Notes: generated by a model from the letters alone, not told the origin. A DNA stretch of 64,000 nt from Lama glama (GCA_028534125.1 CM052816.1:26042001-26106000), one strand, 5' to 3'. Shown: positions 1 to 13,222, counted from the first letter of the stretch. Numbers and translations are program-made.

Positions 1-85
1 TTGGCCTCTACTTACCTTCCTGATAGCTCTCCACACCACTCACTGTGCTCAGCCACAGGGACCTTGGGCCATTGGCTACTTATGC

Positions 86-487
86 TATTAAAGGAAAAAA
101 GTATTCAATGACACTTGTTAAGTTGGTAGGGCCGACTTTATTCAGGACCATCACATTAGGTATAGGGTTGACTGTAATGGGATTTTACAGTGCGGGGCGA
201 GAGATGGGGCTCAACTCCGAATGTGACTTTGGCAAGAGGGAACATAGAGCCAAGGAGGAGAGTAGGGGGTGGAAAGTTACTCAGAGGAAACATCAGGGGA
301 ATTCTGGCTCAACTGACCTCACAGGATTCTCTCCTGTAGGCAAGCCAGGGTGATGAGACATTGCCTAGGGCAGGGTGGGTTGTCAGATTCACGAGATGAT
401 TGAATACTGAGGATGATCAGATGTCAAGCATGCAGCGTTCTGGTTAACCTGACTTAGCAGGGTTCTTGCTAAAAGCAGATTTTACAA
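86..487 (-). mobile_element. ERV1-class solo LTR, MER31/MER67-like, partial
   Basis: Begins TATTAAAGGAAAAAAGTATTCAATGACACTTGTTAAG...GACTTTATTCAGGACCATC (AATAAA on minus) and contains CTGACTTAGCAGGGTTCTTGCTAAAA, as I recall for the MER31/MER67 reverse strand; interrupts L2 sequence. Confidence 0.7.
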
Positions 488-594
488 TCTGGAGAGTAAA
501 CCCCATTCACTTGTCTCTTTTGTTGCCCTGTTTTACTTCCTTCATGATCCTCAGGGTTTCTTAGGTTGTTACCATTCTTATTCTTTTCACCCCC

Positions 595-737
595 GGTGAG
601 CTGAAAGCTCTGTGAGAGCAGGGCCTTGTGTGTTTCATTCTCTGCTTGATCCCTAGCCCCTGGGACAGTGTTCGGTATAGTTTAGACTCTCAAGACATAT
701 ATTCTGAATCAAGGAGTGAGTGAATGAATGAATGAGT
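595..737 (+). mobile_element. LINE2 3' end remnant
   Basis: AAGCTCTGTGAGAGCAGGG...GACAGTGTTCGGTATAG ending in the diagnostic (TGAA)n tail at ~717-735. Confidence 0.7.
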
Positions 738-1792
738 GGAGTGTTCTGGGTGTGCAGTATGAAGCACAAACTCAGAACCAGAAGCTGGGATGCAGCAAAT
801 ACACAAGGCAGCTGAGGGCACTGGCTGGGATATGGGACGTTCTGTAACAGAGCATCATCACATTATGTCTTTACGCCGTCTCAGCCAAATTTACTGGCCC
901 CAGGATGACAAAGTCATTGTTGAACCCAGTATTTCAACAGTGTTGTCCTCACTGCCTGTTAGAAAGTCTAAACTGGAGGCCTTGATAAATGGCAACAAAT
1001 GCTCTTGTTTTCAATGAGAATCTTGGAAACATCAGGCCCAAAGTCAATTTCATGCTTTTTTGGGAAAGTCTAACAGTTTAGGGGATGCATTTATGTTTTC
1101 TTCATGGTACACTATTTAACTCTCCGTACTGTTCTTACATTAGAGAGTTTATAATCTTGGTTCTTTTGACCAGGATTTTAAATATTTTTATTGAATTTCT
1201 AATTTACTTTGCAGGTTGAGAGGATCCAGTATGCACCATTAGCTTATAAATGCAATGACCACGGATTCTATTTTTTTTTTTTTTTGCCAAGCTTAGCTTC
1301 CCCTAATAATTTACATTTCCATTTGTCCAGGAACATTCTTTTTTTCCACTCTTTTAATTTTAGTTCTTTCAGGAATGAGTATTTCTAAACTTCTTGTGAT
1401 TAACAATAATTACTTTCCCTTTTAGAAACAACTGAACCTTAAATTTTGGGATTCTTGCTCCATTTAAGATACTTAAAAAAACTAGAATGAGTACATTCAT
1501 GAGTTAAGAATTACTGAGGGGCTCGACTCTGCTGGATGCTCTCCTGGACGCTGGCATTTTCATAAGGAACAAGAAAGACCTGGTTCAGGTCTCATGGAGT
1601 TTTTTTAAGGGAGAATGGGCTTTTAAAAAACCCGGAAAATAAATAGTTGTAAGTTGTGTAAGGTAGCGCACCACAGAAGCCTCATTTTAGGTAGGGTGTT
1701 CAAGGGGGCCCTTTCTCAGGAGCTGAAGGGTGGGCAGGAGGCTGTCATATGGGGAAGAGGGGGGAACCCTGGTGCATTTGTGGCAGTGAAAG

Positions 1793-2529
1793 TTTTGCCA
1801 AAACATGGCCTCCGTACCCCGCTTACAGAATTGAGACTCAAGGACAGAGTTTTGGATGAAGTAGAAAAGGCAGTTTTATTTCTTTGCCAGGCAGAGGAGG
1901 TCACAGTGAGCTAATGTCTCTAAGACTATGAGCCTGCTCTGGAGAGAAGGCCGGAGCTTTTATAGTAAAATTTCAAGAGTTCAAGGGATGGAGCTAGTTT
2001 CCATAGAGATAGCATACAGGGTAACAAATTGTTGCAAAGTTGTTCTTGTTTTTGCAAATGCAGTGGTCCCCTTCTCTCTGCTGGGTATGAAGTTCACCTC
2101 GGGCTTTGGGACTCTCTTAATATTGTTGTACCTAGAACAAAAGATGCATAGAAATGTGCTCCATGGAAAAGAGCTCTAGAGAAAAACTTTTGCAGTTTAA
2201 AGTCAGGTTGATAAATTCTTTTAGCCTTTTAAGTAGGCTGAGGCCTGCAGCTCCAGCAATAGGACACAAGGAAACCACAAGGGGTCAAAAGGAAAAAAAA
2301 CTGGGGTCAGGAGCAGGGCACTTGGGGGGAAAAGCAGGGTGCTGAGCTTGATCCCTGCAGGCAGCACCTCGAGAGGTTTAGGTTGACCAACCAAGCCTTC
2401 CTCCTTTCCAGCCTAACCCTGGTCAGCAAGAGCATGAGACAAATCCTTTAAACCATTATACACTTAAGCAGTTATAAACACCATTACAGATATCAGATGG
2501 TCATCGATGACAATAGGTGCTCAGTTATA
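1793..2529 (-). mobile_element. ERV1-class solo LTR (artiodactyl/camelid type)
   Basis: 4-bp TSD AAAG at 1789-1792 and 2530-2533; degenerate TG..CA termini; typical reverse-strand U5/R text GACAGAGTTTTGGATGAAGTAGAAAAGGCAGTTTTATT. Confidence 0.75.
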
Positions 2530-2539
2530 AAAGGAGGCC

Positions 2540-4100
2540 AGCAGGGGTGAGGAGCTGTGAGTTAGGGAAGAGTGGCTTGTGACAAAGTTGGAGAGAAATG
2601 TGGAGTCCTGGAGGGCATGGTAATGACATTAGATTTCCCTCTAACTGCAGTGGTTTTTAAATTGGAGAATGATATGATCTTTCTTGTATTAAGATGCGTT
2701 TATTCATCTGTGTTGAGTGGCTCAGACATGGAAAAAGTGGCTAAGGGTAAATCAGTTAGAAGACTGTAACCATGAGTCACACAAGATCAAAATAGTGGAG
2801 GATCAAAGAGAAGAGGGCAGGTTCACCATATACTTTAGAGCTGGAGTTAACTAGACCTTCTGATGACTTAGATGTAGAGGGTGTGGGGAAAAGAGTAATC
2901 AATAAAACTTAGATTTCTGGGGAGAGGTCACGATAATGTATTGCTTAAGAACACTGGCCCTTGAGCTAGCATGCCTGGGTCCTAATCCCATCTGAGATTC
3001 TTATTAGCTGTTTGACATTGGCAAAGTTAACCTCTCTGTGCCTTGATTTTCTTCTCTACAAAAGAGGAATAATAAAAATGTCTACTCCATGGGAATGCTG
3101 TGAGTATTAAATGATGTTTATGCAGTAGCTGATTGCCTAATGGCACATTGCATGCTTGAATAAATGCTAGCTATTATTACGGAAATAGGAAGACTGGTTA
3201 GAGGAGTAGGGTACAGGTTTGGGAGAAGTTGTCAAGAATTCCATTACTGAATAGCTTAAATTCTCCATTGGAAATATAAGAGGAGACATCAGTTAGGCAG
3301 GTGGAATCACCAGTCTGGAGTTCAGAGGAGAGGTCTCGACTGAAGGTAGCAAATTATAAGTCATCGGCTTGGAGATGAGTTTGAAACACATGTAAACAGA
3401 TATCATCTGGGGGAGAGAGGTGGGATTCAGAGCTGATCCTTGAGGTCAGGCAGAGGAGAGACCAGGAAAAGAGACTGAGAAGAAGCATCTTGTGTGGTAG
3501 GAGGGCAAGCTGGAGATAATATAAGGCAAAAGAAGGCAAGAATGAGGGAGAAAACATCAGTTTTTGGGATAGGGCTGGAAGGTCTTGAAAGCTGTCCATT
3601 GGGTTTGGTGACATGGAATTCCTCGGCCACCTTAATGAGGACAGTCTGGGTGGGGGTGAGGAGGATGAAGCTGTGTGTTGTGAATGTACTGGCAATGAGA
3701 AAGTGGAGATGGCACTTGCAGACAATATTTGAGAGGATTTACTTGGAAGGGTTAAGGGGGCTGGGCAGGCATGTAGAGATGTTGTATTTGTTTTATTTCA
3801 ATGAGGGAGCAGCTAAAGTGGGGATTATCTATTAGAAAAGTGGGAAGTTGATGACACATGAGAGGCAGAAGGTGACTGAAGGAGAGAAATCCTTGAGAAG
3901 TGATAAGTAGGTGTCCAGAACAAAGATGTTGGCTTTTAGTGAGAGGAGGTCTTCAATGCAGGAAGAAAGAATGATAAAGTGGGATGGTGGGCTTGGGGTG
4001 GTAGAATGAAGGACTGGGGTCTAATTTCTGTTTTCTTAACGAAACCCCGCGGTACAGCTTTCAGCTGAGAGTGAGGACAAAGGAAGTGTGAGAAGTCTGA
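2540..4100 (-). mobile_element. Degenerate LINE2 (RT region), interrupted by a MIR
   Basis: Purine-rich L2 antisense text (GTCTGGAGTTCAGAGGAGAGGTC); minus ORF 3427-3630 gives EFHVTKPNGQLS, resembling L2 RT (NDLHVAKSNGQFS). Confidence 0.7.
2933..3178 (+). mobile_element. MIR SINE
   Basis: TGCCTGGGTCCTAATCCC...GGCAAAGTTAACCTCTCTGTGCCTTGATTTTCTTCTCTACAAAA core and AATAAATGCTAGCTATTATT 3' end. Confidence 0.85.
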
Positions 4101-4253
4101 GGCAAGGAGAGGGATAGAATCCCCGGGTGAGGTTTGAAATCCTGAATTTTAAAATATGACCACTGTATGTAATTGCACGATCTTCTCTTTGCCATATTCA
4201 GTTGCTGGAAATCTTCTTAAACTATTGAATTTAAGGATATTCTTGTAGACTTT

Positions 4254-4821
4254 TGAGGCGGGAAGCCCCTAAGCAGGGCCACTACTCACATGGTGGCAAC
4301 ATCCGGTTCCCTGGCCCAGAGGCTCTGTCTCACTTTTTGCCTCTGAAATGGCTTACTTGTCCCTAAAATTCTACTGGATCCCTAAGCTTACTTCTGGTTG
4401 GTTATTTCCTTCACTCCTGATTGGTTATTACCTTCACTTCTGATTGGTCCACTTTCCTAACTTCTGATTGGTCCATTTGTAGTACTTCATTTGCATGGAG
4501 CTCACTTCTGTTTGGTTATTTCTCTCACTCCTGATTGGTCTATTTCTACAAAGCTTCTTCCTGGTTGGTCAACTTCTGTTATACTTTATTTGCATATGAT
4601 GTTGCAAAGTGTAAAACTGGCAGCCTATAAAAGCTTGTGTAAACCTACAGATAGGGTCCAGAGCTTGGAGTGTTAACTGTTCTGGGCCCGCTGTTGTAAT
4701 AAACCTGAGCTCTCCAACACTCCAAGTGCTGCTTGGTCTCTCGCCCAGATCCAGGTTGCTGTCACAACTGAGCTGTAACACTGAGCTATAACACCTAGCT
4801 GTAACACATTTTTCCACAACA
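4254..4821 (+). mobile_element. Intact ERV1-class solo LTR with CCAAT-box array (LTR12/ERV9-like architecture)
   Basis: TG...CA termini, perfect 4-bp TSD CTTT (4250-4253, 4822-4825), TATAAAA 4626-4632, AATAAA 4698-4703, repeated CTGATTGG, three GCT(G/A)TAACAC repeats in U5. Confidence 0.9.
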
Positions 4822-5859
4822 CTTTAAACTTACGGATTGAATTAGAAGTAAGACTCTATTAGTCTCATGGTGGTCGTTTCCTTCATAGACGCTACTCTTG
4901 AAACTTAAGGAGGGACCAACTATCCTCTCGTCCGTCAAAATGCTGTGATAGCCACTTGCAAAATGAAATAGACACTAAGCAGGGATTGGAGACAAAATGT
5001 CTATTTGCACCTTACTCTGAGCAAGTGGAAGGCTGGGCCCACAGGTGTAATGAGGTAGCATGTATAACAAGCAACTGCCATTGAAATGGTTCCTCTGTTC
5101 CAAACGAGGCCAGTGTGATGCTATATATACTGAAGATGGCCAGGAGAAATTCCTCAAATCAGTTATTTCCATCCTAGTTTTTTTTTCTTTTTAAACACAC
5201 TGAAAATCACAGTAGGTTGTGGCAAACTGATGGTGTTTTTAATTTTCTTGACATTTCCTAACCATGCTGAGTTTTGTGAGCATGTGTTGTGTGGGGGTAT
5301 GTGTGTATTAAGTCTCCCACATCAGTACGGGAGGGTGGAAGGGTGGGTCGGTGGGTAGGGGGTGGTTGTTTTAACTCTGGGAGAACTAAGTTTTCCCAGC
5401 GTCACTTCTTTCCACATATGCACAAAAACAGAGAGATCCGGTTGGTTCTGGGGATAGGTGAGTGTTTCCAAATCAGTTTTCTTCTCAGGTTACCTATTCA
5501 GGAAGCTTTTCTCCACCAGGGCTTGATTCAACAGCTGTTGTGCGAGTCACTTTGAAATGGGATCGATGTGCATATAAGATGGCCAGAGCAGTGATTTCTA
5601 CTTTGGTGAAAATGTCACATCTTACTTTGTGAAAGGGAAGGGTTTCACCAACAGGCTCTGCTGCTTAAACTTTAAATATTAGCTAAAATTAATTTTGTTT
5701 TGGAGGCTTTTATGATATGCCTTGACAAAACTGGAAGCACCCTGCTGGTGGGTTGTGAGTTTCTAAGACAGAGGCCAGGGCTAATGCTTCTCCTGAAACA
5801 ATGTTGTGTGTGCAAAGAGCTGCAGGAAACATTTGTGGAGAGGATTCTTCACTGAGGCT

Positions 5860-6188
5860 GTGCGTTTGTCTGTTTCGGCTGCTTTAGAAAATAACATAGT
5901 CGCTTATAAACAATAGAGATTTAATCCTCATAGTTCTGGAGGCTGGAAGTCCAAGATCAGAGTGCCAGCATGGTCTGGCCAGGGCACTTTGCTCTGTCAC
6001 AGACTTTTCCTTGTATCCCCACGTGGCAGAGGGGGCTGAGTCTAGAATATCTTTAATCTCATTCACCAGGGTTTCCCCATCACAACCATTTCACCTCCCA
6101 GAGACCTGCCTACTAATACCACTACCTTTGGGGGTTAGGATTTCAATGTATGAAATTTGAGGGGAACATAAGCATTCAGACTGTGGCA
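5860..6188 (-). mobile_element. MaLR LTR, MLT1A-like
   Basis: CATAGTTCTGGAGGCTGGAAGTCCAAGATCAGAGTGCCAGCATGG...GGGGGTTAGGATTTCAATGTATGAAATTTGAGGGGAACA. Confidence 0.8.
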
Positions 6189-6944
6189 GGCTCTGGGCAC
6201 CTGTGGGAAGAGAGGGCAGGCGAGAGTTCAAGTTCTCTTCGTTCTATCAGAAAAGCTCTGTCTCATATGGAAACTGTTTAACTGTTGTGAAAATCAATGG
6301 ACTTGGATTCAGAACCTGGCTCTACCATTTCACAGATATGAGACCTTGAGGTCAAATTCCACTAGCAGCTTGTAGGATTGTTCTAAAACTTAAAGGAGCC
6401 TAGCATACTGGGATATACAATTTGGGCTGTCACTTGCGTCTCTCAGTGCTTCTACAAACATCACTTGTCTCTAGTCATTTTGACCTTCTGCTTCCCTTAT
6501 CAAGTGTCTAATCCCAGGAACTTCTATTTCATAAATATTGAGTGTAAACTTTCTAACTTCCCTCCCACTAAATGATCTTCATTAGCTCCTTTCATTTGTC
6601 CTCTTCCTGCCCTGGGCTGTGAGCCAGGCCTTTCCCTTCACACGCTCACGTATACTTACAGGTCTTGCTCTGTCTTCCTTCCTTGTGGCTCCTAAGTCAG
6701 CTTTTCAGCTTCACTGTCTCCTTTCTCTTAACGAATTATCCAGCATAAGGCCCTTTTGCTTTTAAAACAGATCCTCTCTTGGACAGGAATGTCAGTTTCT
6801 GAAGGCTGAGATGTAGGAACATTCTAGATTCTTTACTCTCTCTCATTCCTGAAGTTGGTTAATGAGTAAATGCCCACTCTCTCCATTTCTCCAGCCATTT
6901 CCTTATTGTAGACTCTCATCACCTCTATTGAGAACCATAGCACT

Positions 6945-7442
6945 CTTTTTTTCTTCCTTTCCCTTAAAGTATATTTGATTTACAGTGTTAGTTTCTGGTG
7001 TACAGCAAAGTGATTCAGTTATATATATATTCTTGTTCATATTCTTTTAAATTATAGGTTATTACAAAATATTGAATGGAGTTCCCTGTGCAAATAGTAG
7101 GACCTTGTTCTTTGTCTGTTCTGTATGTGGTAGTTGTATCTGCTAATTCCAGACTCCTGGTTTATCCCTCCCCTACCTCCTCTCCCCTTTGGAACCATAA
7201 GTTTGTTTTCCATGGCTGTGAATCCATTTCTGTTTTGTAAGTAAGTTCATTTGTGTACTATTTTAGATTCCACATATAAGTGACATCATGATATTTATCC
7301 TTCTCTGATTTCACTTAGTGTGATAATCTCTCGGTCCATCCATGTTGCTGCAAATAGCATTATTTCATTCTTTTTATGACTGAGTTGTATTCTATTGTGT
7401 GTGTGTATACTGATGGAGATTTAAGTTGCTTCCATGACTTGG
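6945..7442 (-). mobile_element. 5'-truncated L1 (artiodactyl/camelid 3' UTR)
   Basis: T-rich tail then AAGTATATTTGATTTACAGTGTTAGTTTCTGGTGTACAGCAAAGTGATTCAG; TSD CATAGCACT at 6936-6944 and 7443-7451. Confidence 0.85.
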
Positions 7443-7554
7443 CATAGCACTGAACTCTTAACCAGTCTCCTTTCTTGCCTCTTCTGCTGCTGCCTGTAAA
7501 TCCGTACTCCACAGAATAGGCAGACTGAAGTGGGGATCAGATGGCTTCCTAAAG

Positions 7555-7735
7555 CAGCAGTTCTTAGCCTGTGCTCTGGGGGGACCGGCAGCATCAGCAT
7601 CACCTGGGACTTGTTAGAGATGCAAATTATCTAGCTCCAGCCCAGGCCTGCTGAATAGAAGACCTGGAGAGTGGTCTCAGTGTGTTTGACAAGCCCTCCA
7701 GGTGATTCTAATGATCTGAAGTTTGACTACCACTC
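7555..7735. mobile_element. MER5A (hAT-Charlie MITE)
   Basis: GGCAGCATCAGCATCACCTGGGACTTGTTAGAGATGCAAATT...ACAAGCCCTCCAGGTGATTCTAATG. Confidence 0.85.
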
Positions 7736-10570
7736 TCCTCAAGTATAATCAAGGAGGTATTAACCAAAGTTGGGAAATGGATGCCAGAAGGCAAAGCTAG
7801 GTCCATCCCAGGATTTTATTCTACTGTAAACTCCCTGAGGACCTCATTGTTAATGTTGCACCCTTAGGTGCTAGCCCACAACCAGGCATAGGGTTTCTTG
7901 AATGACTCCCTGAAGGCGATCCCTGCTTGGCTGTCACAGCGGCAGAATCCACATTAGTTTCTTTTCTTTTTTAGTTTTCTTCAGTGAGTTAGAGTTTTAC
8001 TGTTACAGGCTATGGAGTTCTGAGAACGAATGATTTGTTGGCTGGGAGCTGAGTTGTCTTAAAGCTTTATGACAGCGAAAGTCCCTGGTACCGTGACCCT
8101 TGTGCCCCAGCCTTCTGTGGCTCTGTCTCTTGTCTCAGTGAATTCTGACCTCACTGGGAAGATGGCGTTTTAGTGGGGCTCAAGGGTTCAGAAGGAATTT
8201 GGTAAGTAGGGAATGCGGGGATGGATATTTCAGGCTGAAGGAATGTTATAAACAAAGGCAAGAGGGATGAAATTACAAGACATGTTATGTGATCAACAAA
8301 AGTCCAACAGTGGGGCTGAGAAGAAATGAAGCTGAAAAACTCGTTTGTCATGAGTCCTAAAGAGCCCACAAGGGAGTTTGGACTTTCTTTAGGAGACATG
8401 GAGTGGATATGTAACAGGTACAGTATTAGAAGCATTCTATCACATGTCTGTACCTCTAGGCAGTTTTATTTCCTGGCCAAAGACATGGAAAGGCATGCAG
8501 TTTGTGTCCGGGTAGATTCTCAGCTGAGCTGTATAGGCTGATAAATCTTCCCAACCTCCCACCTGGGGAACTGTGGTAACAGCTGCATATACATTAACAC
8601 ACTAGGAAACAGTAAGAGATCCGCTTAGACGGAGCTGCAGATGTCTGACCATTCTTTCCCTGCTTTCTAGGGTGTTGACACTGGCCATGCGGGTGTGAGA
8701 GTCTTCAGCGGTGACAGAGTAGCTCAGGGACATGGGAGCTGAAGGCAGCCACGTGGTTGTGAAAAAGCCCCTTAAATGAGGCTGGTTCCTCCGTGTACAC
8801 TGTCTTCCCTCCACCCCCCCACCCCCCCACCCCCGCCTCTGCTTACCCACCTTCACATCTCTTACTCAGGGAATGATTTTGATCTTCCAGAGCAAGAATT
8901 GTGACTTACTAAAGACAACAACTGTTCGGTTCCTATTACAGGACTGTTCTGAAAAGGCACCAAAACATTTTCCATCAGATGGGGAGCGTTAACCTTCTTA
9001 AGTGGCTGAAAAGCTAACTATCCCTGTAGGTGATCAGCATGAACCTCAGTCACCAGCTTAGCCTCTGGCTGCTTTGATTTCAGAGTGATACTAGAGAACT
9101 TGGTGGAGAAGGCACTGCATCATGGGCTCCAGCCCACAGAGGAGCTTCACACAGCTGCCTCTGGTTACAATAGATTTATTTGATGAGGTTAAAAGACATG
9201 CTGTCCAGCCCTAGCTTAAAAGTCTAAGACAAAGACTTAACAAGGAGGAGAAACGGGAGAAGGCGGGGTGTGGATTTTTTTTTTCTTTTTAAATAAATTA
9301 ATGTCAGGGTTTTTTTTGTTGTTGTTGTTGTTGCTTAATTTCCCTTCATTATGTGCTGGGAGATTAAAGGAAAAAACAAGTCATGTCTTGACTTCGACTG
9401 CAAGACATTTCTGCCTCCACTGCTAATAATAAAAAAAAAGAGCTGGATGGTAGGAAACCCCAGAAATGCAGCTCAATCACTCCCCGCAATTACTGTGTCT
9501 TATTGATAACTTGCAGCTCTATCCAGCAAATGCCATCTCTGGAACAAAGCCTGTCACAGATCAGCCTGAATCCATTAAAAAGCTTTGATTAACATGTCCC
9601 TGGGGTGTGCTGGTGAAACTTTTTATGCCAAATGACAGCCTATTGCTGCTGCTTCGGAATTGTCCTCCTGAAATACTCTTGTGTTTTAATCTAGTGCACA
9701 GTTGAAATTAAAAAACAGCAATGACTTTGTGTGACCTAAATACCAGCCACTACTATTCAGGGTGGGATTTATCAACTGCTTGCAGATTAAGTGTTCGGAG
9801 AAGCCACAATTAACCTTACTGTGGGGTGGCTAATGTTAATTATATATATATTATACGTAGAATGTTTATATCATCTCTTGTTTTTTCTTCTGTTCTTCAA
9901 CGTAGCCTGGAGAAAGGGTCATAGCTGATGTGCTTAATTTAGTGAACACAAAACTTTGTGTTCATCCTTAGTGGAAAACAAATTTGTTTGTGTTTAGGGA
10001 GCACAGTACGCACTCTCCTTGGTGCTTTTTTATTGGTCTCTGACATGGAGGCTGTAATGAGCTGCAGCCTTTTGAAGCAAAGATAAAGCTCTGTCTTCTA
10101 ACTGTGGAGTTGTTAGGGGCAGGGACCTGCCTGTTTCCACACAAATATCTCACTTTCATCTTAGGGAGGAAATTCAATTTTGATCGACCCTGTCTGGATG
10201 GCGTGTGAACAAGTGTGTGTGTGTTTCTTTATTGTTACCACATATGCTCCGAAAATACAAGCGTTGAATGGTTACATTTCAAAACTGTCATGAACATTAG
10301 ACAATAAAAAATGATTCCCTCAGATGCCATAAAAATACACTGTGAAAACAACCTGCAGAAGGAAGGTACCCGCCTTACTGCTTCTCTTCGCAGTGTTTTT
10401 AAGTCTCTGGAATTGGAAGACAAAAAGTGCTATTGTTGGCAAGAGTCTTAGAAAGTCAACTTAAAAATGAAAGAGTTGCACCTATAGAAGGCAGCAGCAC
10501 TGGGAACCGCTGTACTGTATGAACACGTGGCTCTTCCACTACCCCAGGAATGAAGCCGAACTCTCCTTTT

Positions 10571-10675
10571 TTTTTCTTTTTTAACTTGCTGTGTTTTTGT
10601 TTTTAAACGGAGGTACCGGGAATTGAACCCAGAACCTCATACATGCTAGGCTACCACTGAGCTATTCCCCACCCC
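10571..10675 (-). mobile_element. tRNA-derived camelid-type SINE (Vic-1-like)
   Basis: Minus strand reads GGGGAATAGCTCAGTGGTAG (A box) ... GGGTTCAATTCCCGGTACCTCC (B box), A-rich tail; flanking repeat (C/T)TCTCCTTTT. Confidence 0.85.
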
Positions 10676-12023
10676 ACAAATTCTCCTTTTAAGGCTAACA
10701 TCTTACCACTGACTGGCAATGCAATGGCATCTCCATCTTTCATCATGTAGTAAAGACAAGGAGCTACAGAGGGAAATCTAGGGTGAAGGAATTTTTGGAT
10801 CATTTTAAAATACATTTATTCATACATTAATTTGGGATATACAGAAATGTAATGACCTTCACTGGAAAGCAGAGAGCTCCTAGTCACTGAAACATTGCAG
10901 TAGGCAGGGTCATGTGTATCAGGAGACAGTTGGGAGGCTGACATGATTTATGAGGCTGACAAGGTCTGAATTTTTTTTTAATTGAAGTATAATTGACATA
11001 CCACATTACATTAGTTTCAAGTGTACAACATCATGATTTAGCATTTGTATATATTGCTAAATGATCACCACAATAAGTGTGGTGACACCACCTGTCACTA
11101 TTCAGAGTTAGAAAATTTTCTCATCTTGTGATAAGAACTTTTAAGATTTACTTTCGTAGCAACCTTCAGATTTACAATACAACATTATTGAATATAGTCA
11201 CCATGCTGTGCATTACATCACTGTAACTTACTTATTTTATAACTGGAATTATGCACCTCTTGATCCTCCTCACTCATTTTACCCACTGACCTACCTCCCC
11301 TCTGGCAACTACCAGTATATTCTCTGTACCTGTGAGTTTTAGTTTTGTTTGTTGGGTTTGATTTTTAGATTCCACATATAAGTAAAATCAAAGTGACTTA
11401 ATTCACTGAGCAGAGTACTTTCAGAGTCCATTCATGTTGTTACAAATGACAGGATTTCGTATTTTATGGCTGATTTAATACTCCATTGTATAAATATATA
11501 CCACATCATCTTTATCTATTCATCCATGGGCAGACACTTAGATTGTTTCCATATCTTGTCTATTGTAAATAATGCTGTAATGAACATGGGTGCATATAGT
11601 TTTTTAAAAAGTAAGTGTTTATGTGTTCTTCAATTAAATACCTAGAAGTGGAATTGCTGAATTGTATGGTAGATCTATTTTTAATTTTTTGAAGAAACTC
11701 CATACTGTTTTCCACACTGGCTGCACCAATTTACATTCCCACCAACAGTGCACAAGGGTTCCTTTTTATCCACATCATTGCCAGCACTTGTTATTTCTTG
11801 TCTTTTTGATGATAGCCATTCTTAGAGGTGTGAGGTGGTATTTCATTATGGGTTTGATTTGCATTTCTCTAATGATTAATGATGTTGAGCCTCTTTTCAT
11901 GTCCCTGATGGCCATCTGGATATCTTTTTTGGGAAAACATCTATTCAGATTCTCTGCCCATTTTTCAATTCAATTGTTTGTTTTGTTGTTATTGTTGTTA
12001 TTGAGCTGGATGGATTCTTCATA

Positions 12024-12239
12024 CAGTTGACCCTTGAACAGCTCAGGTTAGGGGTGCCTGTTCTCCTTGCAGTTATGAATCGACATGTGACTTTATAGTC
12101 AGCTCCCATATCCACAGTTCCCCATCTGCGGATTCAACCAACTGCAGATTGTGTAGTTCTGTAGTATGTATTGATTGAAACACATCCATGTGTAAGTGGA
12201 CCCATGACATTCAAAGCCATGTTGTTCAAGTGTCAACTG
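12024..12239. mobile_element. Tigger2/MER8-type TcMar MITE nested in L1 ORF2
   Basis: TIRs CAGTTGACCCTTGAACA / TGTTCAAGTGTCAACTG; TA duplication at 12022-12023 and 12240-12241; 216 bp. Confidence 0.92.
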
Positions 12240-13222
12240 TATATTTTGGGTGTTAACCCCTTATTGTATATATAATTTGTAAATATTAACTCCCAATTGG
12301 TAGATTGCTTTGATTGCTTTTTTATTTTGTTGATGGTTTCCTTTGCTCTGTAGGAGCTTTTTGGTTTGATGGAGTCACATTTGTTTATTTTTGCTTTTCT
12401 GGCTATTGCCTTTGGAGTCAGATCCAAAAAATATACTGTTAGGTCTATGTCCAGGAGCTTTCTGATTATGTTTTCTTCTAGGACTTTTATGGCTCTGGTC
12501 TTAGATTGATGTCTTTAATCCATTTGAGTGAATTTTTGCACGTGGTGTAAGACAGTGGTCCAGTTTCACTCCTTTGCATGAGACTGTTCAGTTTTCCTGA
12601 CACCACTTATTGAAGAGACTGGTCTTTCCCCATTGCAGATTATTGTAGATTAATTGATCATATATACCTGGATTGTTTTCTGAGCTCTCTATTTTGTATC
12701 ATTGATCTATGTGTCTATTATGCCAATACCATGCTGTTTTGATTATTATAGCATTGTAGTACAGTTTAAAATTGGAGCACATTATACCTGCAACTTTTTG
12801 TTCTTTCTGAAGATTGTTTTGGCTATTTGGGATCTTTTGTTTTTCCATATAAATTTTAGAAATACTTGTTCTAGTTCTGTGACAAATGCCATTTTAATCA
12901 TGAATAGGTGTTTAATTTTGTCACTTGCTTTTCTGCATCTATTGAGATGATCATATGATTTTTATCCTTCATTTTGTCAATTCATGGTATCATATTGATT
13001 TTGTGAATGTTGAGCCATCATTGTATCCCTGTAATAAATCCCATTTGATTGTGGTGTGTGATCTTTTTAATGTATTCTTGAATTCAGTTTGCTAATATTT
13101 TGTTGAGGATTTTTGTATCTCTGTTTATCAGGGATATTGGCCTGTGATTTTTGTTTTTATTTTTGTCATGTCCTTCTTTGGTTTGGAATCAGGGTAATGC
13201 TAACCTCATAAAATTTCCTCCT

